DNA of 62,988 bases, filler included, from Choristocarpus tenellus KU-1152 (Eukaryota > Protista > Phaeophyceae): assembly GCA_964200185.2 (NCBI GenBank). It is 11 parts of 11 records of this genome, joined end to end, with 100 filler letters (N's around TTAATTAATTAA, not from the genome) between each part and the next. Parts side by side here need not be neighbours in the genome. Positions count along the whole stretch, not along the records: positions 34,486 to 37,057 come from CAXNAD020026663.1; positions 37,158 to 41,045 come from CAXNAD020017345.1; positions 41,146 to 43,810 come from CAXNAD020025830.1; positions 43,911 to 47,852 come from CAXNAD020017018.1; positions 47,953 to 54,785 come from CAXNAD020007252.1; 6 more parts are not named here. One strand, 5' to 3'. Positions 35,554 through 48,046 of this stretch are shown here, piece after piece. Under the pieces are notes generated by a model. It had not been told where the DNA came from and searched no databases. It saw only the letters and a program-made list of their open reading frames with translations. Positions within the stretch are counted from its first letter, which is position 1. Each line of letters starts with the position of its first letter. The position numbers and the translations under genes are program-made.

Positions 35554-36559
35554 TAGTCTGGGGACAGAAGCAATAAATTCCAGTTGGTAGGAGTGGACTT
35601 CTCGAAAAAATCCAGCAAAATTCTATACGTGTGTAATAAAAAAAAGCACATACACTAAAAAAAAAACTTTCAATATACTCTCGTCGGCAATAAATAGAAA
35701 TACCTAGAGTAACCGTACATGAGAAGTGAAATAAAAATAAATGTTATCTATGGGATGTTGGCAGCGGCATAAACAAAAGTAACTACGAGATGTTGACTAC
35801 AATATCAATAAAAAATAAAGCGTACGTGCGTGTACAATTATTTTATTTTACTTTATTTTATGACAGCAGCGATCAACAAAACAAAAATAAACAACACACT
35901 GTAAAGGGGGTTAGGGTTAGGGATGTTGATAAGCTTAGGATAGCGGATGTAGATGAAATTAATACCTTCTTTTTTTAGTACAATGAAACTAATACCGTTT
36001 TCTGACAGTGAAATTAATATACCTTTTTTTGACCGCAGTTCTGAGAAAAATTACAAAAAATAAAATACTTTCTTTCTTCTTCTTCTTCTTCTTCTTCTTC
36101 TTTAAACAAAAAAATCAATTCGTTCACACACATCCCCGACACTAGGTAGATCGTTCTACACAAAACAATTAGAGTCCTCAGTTACGCTTACGGATCGTGA
36201 TCGTGATCGTGACGGTCTTGAATCGGGACTGTTCGATCACGTCAACTCGAAGGTAACAAAGCATGAAAAAAAAAAAATGGAGGGGATTGTATTCCTTCCG
36301 CTGGAAATCTTCTCGTGCGTATGAACGCACGCTGCGTGCACTCGTGCGGGATTTCCAAGCAGCACGCTGATCGACATTTGTGCGCTTTTGTGTGTTACTC
36401 TTTTTTTCTTTTTTTCTAATTCTAATTCTAATTGAGTGTCTATCAAAACTGTCTCGGAGATCAATCAAATTAAACATGTACTTTTGATTCACAACTCTCT
36501 TTTTTTTTAAATACAATACTGTGTACTATGTTACACCTACTGATACTACTACTAATATA

Positions 36560-37000
36560 TGATAATAACAGTGGATGAAATAGTAATGGTAAATAAAATT
36601 GACAATAATAATAATGATAATAATAGTGGATAAAATAGTAATGGTAAATGAAATTGACAATAATAATGATAATAACAGTGGATAAAATAGTAATGGCAAA
36701 TAATATTGACAATAATAATAATGATAATAATAGTGGATAAAATAGTAATGGTAAATGAAATTGACAATAATAATGATAATAATAGTGGATAAAATAGTAA
36801 TGGCAAATAATATTGACAATAATAATGATAATAATAGTGGAAAAAATAGTAATAGTAAATAAAATTGACAATGATAATATTACCAGCGGATGAAATAGCA
36901 ATGGCAAATAAAATTGGCAATAATAATGATAATAATAACAGCAGATAAAATAGCAATGATAAAATAAATCATCATAGTAATTGATAAAATAGCAACGATA
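36560..37000. repeat. AT-rich tandem repeat, units of about 52-58 bp
   Basis: Repeated gtggataaaatagtaatggYaaat...attgacaataataatgataataa. Confidence 0.9.
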
Positions 37001-37005
37001 AAATA

Positions 37006-37057
37006 GACTCAAAGTATCTGGGGGGTGGGTGGGGGGCCTACACCAGGGTGTCCAAAC
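37006..37057. mobile_element. MITE family B end, cut by contig end
   Basis: gactcaaagtatctggggg...ctacaccagggtgtcca. Confidence 0.8.
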
Positions 37058-37539
37058 NNNNNNNNNNNNNNNNNNNNNNNNNNNNNNNNNNNNNNNNNNN
37101 NTTAATTAATTAANNNNNNNNNNNNNNNNNNNNNNNNNNNNNNNNNNNNNNNNNNNNGGGGAGGAGTTATTTTGTTGAATGTGATGTGATGTGATGTGAG
37201 TATAAAGTTGTTTAGAAGGGAATGTCCAGTCAGAAAAAACCCACACACAGTAGTAGTTAGTAGCTATTCATAGAACTAACTACTGTTCAAGAAGGAATAC
37301 AGTAGTAATGAGGAATAAGGTCAAGAATATTCATAGAATAAGGACACACTCTCCCCGTGCCTTGAGAACAGTATCCTCATTGCAAAAGGAGGTGTTTTTA
37401 ATCTTTGTTTCCTCTTCTGTATATTTATTTTTTTGATGAGTTGGCAGGGCGTGTATACAATTCATAGTTGTTACTATGAATGACTAGAAATTGTTACTAT
37501 GAACTGGGATTATGAATTGTGACTCTCTTGTGAGAGAGA

Positions 37540-37604
37540 GTTATCAATGTAAGTTATCAATGTAAGTTATCAATGTAAGTTATCAATGTAAGTTATCAAT
37601 GTAA
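37540..37604. repeat. 13-bp tandem repeat x5
   Basis: (gttatcaatgtaa)5. Confidence 0.95.
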
Positions 37605-38234
37605 GGGCTACCTTACAAATAATGCATCTGGAGTGGTTACTGCTGTGTCTGTGTGTGCAGTGAGTTGATCTCTTGGTGAAGGTTGGTTTGAAATCGATAG
37701 CTGGGTGTGAACCTTTGGAGAGGTGTTTTCTCACTATTATTATTATTATTATTATTGTTTTTGTTTGTGTGGGGGGTCGGGTGTGACCTTTTAAATGTAG
37801 GTAATACTGATTTTAAAAAATGTAAAATATGAAAGGATGAAGGGAATGGACTGCTTCCGAGTCAATACACATCACAAATTTCTTTTTTTTTTAATTAAAA
37901 AAATAAACTAAAAAATTAGTTGCGGAGACCTGAAATGGACAACATCACCCTCCTTGAGGATGCTTTGGCTGTTACAGTAGCTTTTTTTTTTAAGTTCAGA
38001 CAGATCAGTCCCTGACCCTAATTGGATGGTGTGGGGAAAGAACTCCTGGAGAGTATGATGTTACCCAGCCAATGAATGTCTTTGACAGATTTTGACAGAT
38101 TTTGATGTACAGGCTCAAGTGTTGATCTCTATCTCTCTCTCCACGGTGTAAGCTCCTGAAACTTGTCAAATTAAAAAAAAAGTTTAGTTAGAAGGCCATT
38201 TCATTAATAGTTTGTCGCCCCATTACAACCAAAG

Positions 38235-38320
38235 GTGAACAAGGAGATCAACTCAAACATGGACATCCCTGATGGAGTGGAGTCGGTGAGAGAGGCCGTC
38301 AAGGAATTAGGAAACCCCAG
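38235..38320 (+). CDS. Possible orphan exon
   Basis: aag|...cag|gtgatg borders; open frame VNKEINSNMDIPDGVESVREAVKELGNP; GC-richer than its flanks. Confidence 0.35.
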
Positions 38321-39891
38321 GTGATGGGATGGATTGAGCTAGGTTTTTTTTTTTTCAGCTTGAGAGAAGGGATCTCACTCATGTATACTCTATTTGTACT
38401 GATGGCATTACTAGGGTTAGGGTTAGGGCTTATTTGCTCTTTTTAACGTGCATGGTGTTGGACAAATTTATTATTATTAGGGTTGCGCTTGCTGTATGAG
38501 GTGTGTGTTTTTTTACATGTAACGGTTTTTAAGGTTTATTTGGTGTTTTCCTGAGGTGTGTGCTGTCAGGTAGCACTAGAGTTCAGCCTAAGTTTTGTAG
38601 TCAGGGTAATGCTTGGCGCCATTTATTTTTATTATTATTGTTATTATTATTATTATTATTGTTGTTCCTAACATTGTTATATTACTATTATTATCATTAT
38701 TATTGTTGTTCCTAACATTGTTATATTATTTTATTTTTTATCTTCCCGTACGTTTTTGTTCATAATTTGTGAATTGTAGAAAGGAATAACATAAGACTGC
38801 ATTGAAGAAAAAAATAATAAAAATAAAATAATAAAAGGAGTGCTTTCACTTTCCTCTCTTAAACATCATCAGTCGTTAGTTCGAACAATTTCTTGAAGGG
38901 CAGGCTAATACAAAGGTGTGTGAAATGGTAGGTATACAATGCTTTCGCCATATTCATCTTTGGGGTTAAGAGGTTTTACCCTAAAAACCTCATCGAAATC
39001 CACCTCAAGTCTGTTTGTTTATTTATTTATTTATTTACTTATTTTTTATTATGTGCTGACTGCAATAACGCCCACAAGAAGCGCCTTACCAATGCACTTT
39101 ATTTTTTATTTTATTTTTGCCCTTTTATATTTGCTGAACTGGTGATGAAGAGGGTAAGTAGTAAAGTATTTCTTAATGGTGGTTGATGGTGGGGTCTGTT
39201 TTACAGTAGTCAATGACAGTAGACTGTGACAACAAAGGTCTTTTTTGTCATGGGGGTGTTGTGGCTTGTTTGCCTGAGACAGTGTTGGATGTTGTTTCCT
39301 ATTTAGTGCTCTGTATGTTTCACAATCACTGGGGTTAGGGTTAGGGTTGGTTTTATGGCGGTGAGGATGAGAGTTCAGAAGAGGCGTTTGTGAGGTGTTA
39401 GGGTTAGGGTTAGGGTTATTGATGTTAGTTAGGTTGTGCTAAGTGTGATGGTTTAGTGATGGTGACGTCTAATGGTGTCAAGAATGAGGAGGAGACAGAT
39501 GTTGAAGAGTGATGTGTTTTAGTGTTCCTGCCTGCGAAACGTACTGCTGCTGCTATTGTTTTTTTTTTATTAGATAGCTTGTTGGTGGTATACCCTTTGG
39601 TGTCAAGATTTTAGCCCTTGAACTATCATGCTGCAGAGTAGTGTTATCATTGATTTCCCAGTAGACTATCTGATCCTATTGATGGGAAATGATTATTCAC
39701 TACCACAGACTATATTCTATTGGTGGGTAATATCTATTCCGTTGATTCTATTGGTGGAAATGTTGCATTGCGTATTTTGACCTCAATATTGGCGTGCCTC
39801 AATGCACTTTTTGTTATGATATGCAGGTGTTACGACTTATCTAATGTGCAGTGTATTTGAAAAAAAATCTTGTTGAGATTTTTTTTTTTTA

Positions 39892-40166
39892 GAGTTAAAG
39901 TATCTTAGAAGGTACGAATTTTTTCCCTGTTTGTCCATTTGAGGCTTCGCTTCCCATAGGTTTTTTTAATGATATTTTACCTACTCTGAAAGAAACATTT
40001 CAGAGTAAGTAAAATATTAATGTTCTGAAAAAGGTGTGTCCGAACAAGGATGTTGACACTTCCTAACCAACACCATAGCCAAAATTACATCAAAATTGCA
40101 ACATAATATTGGATTTTGGCCCCCAAATGGAAGCAACTCTACCCTAACCCTAAAATACTTTGACTC
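39892..40166. mobile_element. MITE family A, complete, with a telomeric unit in the right TIR
   Basis: gagttaaagtatcttagaaggtac...ctctaccctaaccctaaaatactttgactc. Confidence 0.9.
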
Positions 40167-43079
40167 AAAATATATATATAGCAACAGGAACAATAGTGTA
40201 TGTTTGGTGAACAGTTGTTAAACGATGTTGGTACCAAATGTATTGTTGGAGTACTTATTACTGTTGTTAAAAACACAGTGCAATATATACTACAATAGTA
40301 GTAGCATAGTCTAATTAATACTCTGACAGGATAGGACACTCACTTCACATAATTATTTTTATTTTGAGATAGAGATGTCTTGTTTTTATTGGATATGATT
40401 TGATTCGAATGACCGGTCGGTGTAAAAAAAAATGGTTCCAAGTAATAAAATAAAATAAAAACGAAAAAAATAGTAAGAATACATTCTCACTATTTTGAAT
40501 CACCTCCAACCCAGAAGTCAGAGGACAGGCCTAATCAAGGATGGAAAAGTGATACAGGATAAAAAAAATATCTGTAACATTCATGTCCTTTGATTTGATG
40601 GACTCGTTGGCATTTCACATTCAAAGATGCCTTGCGTTGTTAGAAAAATCTCAGAAAGCTCTCAGAAAGCTCGTTGTGATCCACTTGCCGATTGGAAACA
40701 TTCAAGAACGCCTCCTTATATATCTACAGTCTTTTTTTGTTCTCCCATCAAGTTCCAAAGAACCGGCTTGCTGCAGTGCCTGTACATGGCAGACCGAACC
40801 AGGATAGGGTTAGGGTTAGGGTTAGGAATGTGTTAACACACTTTGAACACGATCTGCCACACCTTCACATGTGTTGTCGTAATACAGTGCAAGTTCAAAC
40901 ACACACACACATACACACACACGCACACACACACACACCCTGGGAGAGATGTCAGGAAGGTGATCAATAACAGACGACGGCTGCAATAGAGATCACTGTC
41001 TGTAATGAAACTGACATGAGAGGGGCTGTTTGGGTGGGTGGGTGGNNNNNNNNNNNNNNNNNNNNNNNNNNNNNNNNNNNNNNNNNNNNTTAATTAATTA
41101 ANNNNNNNNNNNNNNNNNNNNNNNNNNNNNNNNNNNNNNNNNNNNGGTGTTAATGGTAAGGGTTGTTGACTGAGCGGGTGATTATCCGCCGAAATCAATT
41201 GCTGGACAACACGTTGATCAACCACCCGGATATCTGTGTCCACAAAGATTCCGGATGATTTGTGAAGAAGTTTCCTTCCATCTTCTAGAATAGCTTCATC
41301 AAGTGCTAAAGGATCTCTGTCATGGAACGCTGGTAGAAGGTGTTCTTCTTGTAAGTTCTCTTTGTATTCCTTCGCCATGAGACTCTGAAAACGATTCTCG
41401 GTTGTGTGGAACTTGTTGTGTGCTCTCGTTGAACGAACTATATGCCAGTCAGATGATGTGATATACGTATATAGGGTAAGAGTGGTGCTCAAAGTACGGG
41501 TAATGTACTAAGAATCCCCCCAAAATTACGGTTAAAGAACTCTCCCACTTCAGAACAATTGCCGTCGTCGCCACTGTGAAACAGATGGAAACAGGCAGCA
41601 AAACGCGCGAGACGAAAACCGTTTTGGGTGTTTTTGTGGTCTTTTTCTTTGCATAACTGCTATTTTGTATTGTTATGCTACCGAGTGGTTGTGGTTATCA
41701 GGCGGGGTCTACCTCTCGCTTCTGTGTCAGGCATCTATCCATCTCGTAACATCCTATATTGCACATCATAAATTATTATGCCCTCTGACATTTTGCAGAT
41801 GTTGTACATCATCGATGCTTCAAGAGTGAGGACACACTTTAGTCTATTCCTACACTTTCATAGTTGTAGAATGTGAGAGCCATCTTCCAACAAAGGTATA
41901 CCTTTAAGGTGACCTATCTTGAAGATCTGTTTTTCATATGAGATGTGTTTTTGCTTGTTCAAGTTAACATCTGCTTGAAGTAAATATGTGGGTTGAGGAG
42001 ACCTTGCAAAACCCCCTCATTCACTTTTCACTTGTTTACTCTTTCCTGAGTGAACTTCTGAGGGATTGCTCTCCCTCTTTCCTTGTCTCTCTCCATTTTC
42101 CTGCCTCCTGTGGGTCTTCCCCCTCCCCGTCAGTCTGAATATGTACGCAAATCGCACTCTTACATGACGACAGATTTTTGCCAAGTGGGAACCACTCTCT
42201 CAACCAAACCCGAGTCTATTTAAAACACTGGTTTGTCTCTGTGTGGTATGTGGCAGTATCACACAATAATAGCCACATGTTATCATTGTAACAACTACAG
42301 CGGTATTGAGTACAGTGGATGGTAATCCACTCTACCCATTGGATTTTGACAACGGTAATCGTTACCGTACCGTGGCAATTCCAATCTTACCGCACCTTTG
42401 CTATCGAAAAGCTTCCACAGTAATCCGTACTGTACCATGGTAATTCCACAACGAACTGTACTCTAACATTTTCTTAATTTTATTATGCCTCTGAATTATT
42501 ATGACATTTGTAGGTGTGTCAGGGGAAAAAACATTAAAAAGCCAATTTAATATATCATTATGCCCTCTGTCACGGAGAGGTCCCTTTATGGGTGCTGATC
42601 TCAGTCCAGTCCACATCCGCGCGTACACACAAGTGCACTGCGTGCACATTTCTCTATCATTGATGATGTTACCACCGACATCAAACACAGAGAAGTCTTT
42701 AGAATTCTCAGACAACTTGTGGTTGATGGTCGCAAAGATGTGATGTCACCCACCGGATCTGAGATTCCATTCAAACTTCTACTAAGATTTGATGGCTGAG
42801 AGAGCTTTGGGTTTGCCTAAAGCACCCCACCATGACACAACTCATGATTCTGAACACCCCCCACGACTGATTGAACTCTGCCTCACGACAGTGGTACTCA
42901 CCCCAACAGTCCAAGGGATGGATCCATCAAGCAAGGAAGTAACCAAGGACAAGAAAAGAAGAGACAAGGACGAACAAAGTAAGGGGGAAACTACTGGCCC
43001 AAGTGAGCCAGAACCAAGCCCAAACCGGGCATCTAGGGGTAACATCGATATTCCAGCAACCAATTTGGTGGCGTCCTAG

Positions 43080-43570
43080 GAGGCCAAAGATTTAACAACA
43101 GTCAAGTTCTTCGAATCAAATATAGGTGATAGACAATGTGTCGCTGTCCCAGACCTCATATCAATATTCTCAGAATACCAGTCAAGAATTTAATTGTTGA
43201 TGATGATAAAAAAGGGGTTGGTACCAGCTAAAGAAGTATGAGACGTACGAGTAAACTCTAGATGACTTGTGCCTGCAAAGCTTTGTACGCATGAATCCGT
43301 CCGGTAACTCATTATCTCAACACCACACCCGAAGAGTATGCAATGACCCATTTCGCATCTTGGGACCAGTTGGTAGAGGAATTTACCCATCAGTTCGTGT
43401 CCCGGTTCCCTTTGGACGACTACTTGCGAACAACAATGCACTTGCAGATGTCAGAATGGGAACAGGTACGGGTGTTTGGACGAAGAGTGCGGCAGACAGT
43501 CGGCAATTTTGTTCCACTCAGCGTCAATTCTCAAAACCTTTTTTTGCAACTTTCTGATCTGAGGTGCTAA
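43080..43570 (+). mobile_element. Ty3/gypsy gag-like remnant
   Basis: HFASWDQLVEEFTHQF...HLQMSEWEQVRVFGRRV resembles the retrotransposon gag W..L...F...F and ExVxxYxxR pattern. Confidence 0.5.
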
Positions 43571-43639
43571 ATCGTTGAAAGGACACAGCACCAATCATTG
43601 CTTCTTTAACCCGGACGGTGGTAGCCAGAAGTCTGATTA

Positions 43640-43810
43640 GAGTGAAAGTATCTTAGAGGGTACGAATTTTACCCTGTTTGTCCATTTAGGGCTTGGCTTC
43701 CCAAAGGTTTTTTTTATGACATTTCCTACTCCGAAATGAGTGAAAGTATCTTAAAGCGTACGAGTTTTGCCCTGTTTGTCCATTTGGGGCTTAGCCTCCC
43801 ATGTTTTTTT
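43640..43810. mobile_element. Two MITE A left ends, the second (from 43738) starting inside the first
   Basis: gagtgaaagtatctta at both 43640 and 43738. Confidence 0.85.
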
Positions 43811-46049
43811 NNNNNNNNNNNNNNNNNNNNNNNNNNNNNNNNNNNNNNNNNNNNTTAATTAATTAANNNNNNNNNNNNNNNNNNNNNNNNNNNNNNNNNN
43901 NNNNNNNNNNTTTTGTTGTCGTTTTTTGTGGTGGTGATCATTTCTTTTTTGTTGGTGGGTGGGGGGGGGGGGAGGGGGGAGGGGGGATGGAGTGAGGCGT
44001 TTGTGTTTGTGTTTATATGCGTTCCACCTTTTTTCTTGGCCCAGGATATTGTGGACAGTGGAGGCTTGGTCCTTGAATTGTGCATGGATAGAGCGATGAC
44101 AACATACTGTTTTATCATTGGTTGTTGCCTGTTGTTAATTGTGTTTTTATTTCATTGTGTATGTGTATGTCCGTGTATTGTTGTGTTTCCTTTGGAGTAG
44201 TAGTATGGATATTTATAAAAGATCATCAGCGAGTATAATTGATGCTCTTCTTGTTGATCCCAGTGCAGGAGAAAAAGTTGCCAGGCTTTTGAAGGGTTGG
44301 CGATTCCAATTCTAAACATGATATGATGAGAGGTCATAGTACAGACTGTATTGGTGAGGAAATGGGGTGGGGTGGGGGTAGAGTGGTAGATATTATCACC
44401 AAGCAAGGGCGAACACCTGTAACATGTTGAAATAGTGTCATACCATACACACAAGAGGCAAGAGCGAGGCCTCACTTTGATTGACTAGGAGGTGGTAGTA
44501 GCTGGTTGTGAACTCTAGCAATCCTCCTTGTGCAGCATCAGTTTCTGTAGCATAGCTTATTAGGAGAGATTGGGCTTGTAGGCAAATGTCCTGGGGAGAG
44601 TTGTGCCGTATTGGATGCACACGTAGACATCCCATCATTATTCGTGTTGTTTCAGTTGAATTGGGCGGCGAAGGTAAAACGGATATCTTCTTCTCCTTTC
44701 TTCTCAGTTTTTGCTAGGCACTTCCCAAGTCGCCACTGTTGGTTGTTACAATTGTACTCAATCGCTGAAGCAGTGTGGGACGTGGCATTGGAGGGTGACA
44801 GGAGAGAGAGTACTGGGAGTTGGATGGGTATTGGTCAGGGATATGCCTGCTGTGGCAGGAGGGGTCAACTTTGACCGAGAAGCAGCATTGCCATGTTACA
44901 GCTTCTTGTTGAGTGCCGATGGAGTTGCTGCTACTCTTTGCAAGTTGCAAGAGTCGTTTTATGTCATGTGTTGATGGCGAGGAGAGTTGGGGGTTAGTTA
45001 TCTTTCAGTTTTTGTTTGTTTGTTTGTTTCCTCTATACCATCCGCTCCTATATTCTTTGTGTGAGTATTGCCACGTGAAGGGAAGTGTGTCGTCGTACAG
45101 TGTAAAGGAGTTCGTGTGTGTGTGCAACTGTCTCTGATCTCCCTCCCTGCAAGAGTTGTCCTCACTGATTATTTCTTCTAGGAAAGTATTATTTATTGTT
45201 ATTATTATTAATTACAAAAAAGCTGGTTAAATCGAGGTGGTGAGCAGGAGCAGGATCGTCCAGATTAGAAAAAGAAAAAATAGCCTTCTAGCTTCAGCAG
45301 CATTTTGACGCAAAATGTGATTTGGTTGTCAGGTTAAGAGGATAGCAATGCACAAGGGTCATTCAGGTGTGTATGCGTGTATACGTGCGTGCAAACTTGA
45401 TGACTTTGAGGTCGATGCCTTGGGTAGAGCTCAGAGAACCCTCTACCTTTTTACATACATGCCTGTTGTTGGATCTCCTGGTTGGTTGTTGGTTGCAGGG
45501 CGAGAAGTAAAACTGAACGAATAATATTAATAATAATCATGATAATAACCACGCTCACGTTTGCTAGCACTTAAATATCTTGGCTGACTGGTACAAAGAG
45601 CAAAGAGTAGTAATAGTCGTAGTAGTGAGATAACTAGTTCTTCCTGAATGGCTACTGTAGGTTGTACTCTGATTGATTCATTTCATCTTCACGTTCTTAG
45701 GTACTACATACACTTTTCCTGCAACACAAATGGCAAGAGTTTGTAGAAGGGTCGAAAAGTCTGCCTTTGGTGAGTTTCTTCATGTCCTTCACATAGAAGT
45801 ACTGTGTTCCACCCAGGATAATGATTAAACAACCAGAACACCTTTTGAGTAAGCGTAACAGTATGTTTCAGGCGGTATTCGACTGGGTACTTCAAAAATA
45901 GTTGCCGTTGAGCGAGTATGACAGATTGTAACTTTCACTAATAATTCTCAAATCAACCAAACTTGAGAAAAAATAATGTGATGATGTGTGCACTCGCCAA
46001 AAAGAAATTGCATTGCTTTTGAGGCACTTTTGTGAACAACCTGAGTGTC

Positions 46050-46420
46050 AGGCTGTTCATGTACATACTCCGTATATATACACACAAGCGCCTCATCATC
46101 TGTAGACAGATCAAACTTAGAGAAGCTTATGTCCCTTTCCTATCAAGACCTTGGGTGATGGCGTGTTATGATTGGTCTGCGAATTTTGGGGTTAAGATGG
46201 TAGAACAAGGCATCTTTTGGTGGTGCATGTGCTGTTGTTGTGGATGTCAAGATCATCAGAAAAAAGCAAGATAGTGCGATGACTCCTTGTATCATAATTA
46301 TTGCCGCTGCCTAGTGGTCCGGACCAAGCAATAGCGTTTCATATTACAGGCCCTCTACCAGAGCCTATTACTGGGAAACTTGGACATACATATTTAGTAC
46401 ATGTACTTGATGGAGTACAC
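46050..46420 (+). mobile_element. Decayed Ty3/gypsy integrase fragment
   Basis: YVPFLSRPWVM...FG...FWW..M...C.CQ (zinc-finger region) and LPLPSGPDQAIAFHITGPLP (start of the rve core). Confidence 0.6.
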
Positions 46421-46480
46421 TCAAACATAATATCTAATAGTCGATTTGTTTTTGTGGTGATGTATCACTTTTTCACTTAT

Positions 46481-46646
46481 AACAGCCAATTTCTAAAATT
46501 GAGGATGGAGCTTTTCATTGAGGATGGGCTTGACCAAAAATTGACTGGGATAAAGTGTCGATATGTATTTTTTTTTAAACAGTCAATTTTGGGTCAAGCC
46601 CATCCTCAATGAAAAGCTCCATCCTCAATTTTTGAAATCGGATGTT
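46481..46646. repeat. Long inverted repeat (67-bp arms, 32-bp loop)
   Basis: 46481-46547 is the near-exact reverse complement of 46580-46646. Confidence 0.92.
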
Positions 46647-48046
46647 TTGTCCTGGGATGTGTGCATACCCAATGCAGCGACACACACACACACACACACA
46701 CATTCACATTCATGGTGTGTATGCTGCCACGGGATTGGCCCTAAATAACCACTGCACGTTTGTATCGGAGGTTAGTGAAAGATAGCCCTCTTCTGACAGA
46801 CCTGGACCAACATGATGTTGTGGGACAACAATATCTAAATACACAGACCAGATGAAGTAGGACCACGTAGTACATCGTGAAGGAATGTCAAGGTGGTGCA
46901 GAATTTGTATCTCGACCCACCTCATGCTAGTCATGGTGAGACAAAAATAACGGCGTCCGAGCGGGTATCTGTTTTTTTGGTATTATTGTAGGTCATATTG
47001 CATCCGGAGTGGAGAGGTATACCCCCCACCTAACATTTTGCCTTGTATCACGTTATATGTAGCATCGACTTGCTGAGGATGTGAAAGAGGTAGCAGATGT
47101 CAGCAGGAGAAGAGTTAATCAGGGAACTCTCTTCTTATTCTGTTTGAATTATGATTAATTGATAGGATACAAATTTTGGTAACGCCCCACAAAAAAATCT
47201 GGTAGTAGCAGTTAGGACATCCTGTTGCGAGCACCCTGTTATGTCGCAGGTTTCTTTTCAATCGTTTTTTTTCAGCCTCCTTTTGTTTTGAGGCTCAGAG
47301 GGATAGTCGGTGGTGGAGTTGGCGAGTGTTACGTGATGTGGCAAACAAAAATGATGCCTCGAAGTCATCTGTTTCTTCCAGTTGACTTTGCATTGATTTG
47401 ATTACAAGGAGGTTTTGTTAAATATGTGGAATGATTGGAGTAGTAGTGATGCGTTTCAAATTTATTTCGGGGTTTTGATACTTGATGTGATACAATGGCA
47501 GAAAAAGTTCATGTTGATATTTTATCGCGTCAAATGATACGATATTATTAAATTATTGGGGCAAATGGGCAGATTTTTCGGGTCTTCTTCAAACTCTTGA
47601 CGTCATCTGTGTTGCGAGGAAAGTTTGTGTAGTGCCTAGGACCATAGTGATGAAATGAATGGGCAGCTTATGAGGATCTTTTGTGTGGGTGTAGCTGACG
47701 AAAATTCGTAATGTGTAGGATAAAAAAGTCAGCCAGTCATACATCAGGTGGAGTGCACACTTTGTAACAACGACAATTTGACTGTGTGATTTTCATAATC
47801 GACAAGGCGTGATTGAGTGGATTGAGAAACATCACAAAACCCCATCTAACAGNNNNNNNNNNNNNNNNNNNNNNNNNNNNNNNNNNNNNNNNNNNNTTAA
47901 TTAATTAANNNNNNNNNNNNNNNNNNNNNNNNNNNNNNNNNNNNNNNNNNNNTCACAACATATTCATCCCCTTTACAACACATAGAGGGGGGCCCGAATG
48001 GCCCCCCCAGTCCACCCCCCCCCCCCCCCCCCAGATACTTTGACCC

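Noticed and set aside
36470-37012. Long I/Y/H-rich ORFs (also 34614-34949, 35016-35358)
   Set aside because: Translations of AT-rich tandem repeats and microsatellites.
40700-40780. Possible terminal exon on - strand (ALQQAGSLELDGRTKK...)
   Set aside because: No recognisable homology or partner exon; too weak to report.
41146-41492. 132-aa minus-strand ORF at contig edge
   Set aside because: No recognisable motif and truncated; cannot be distinguished from TE debris.
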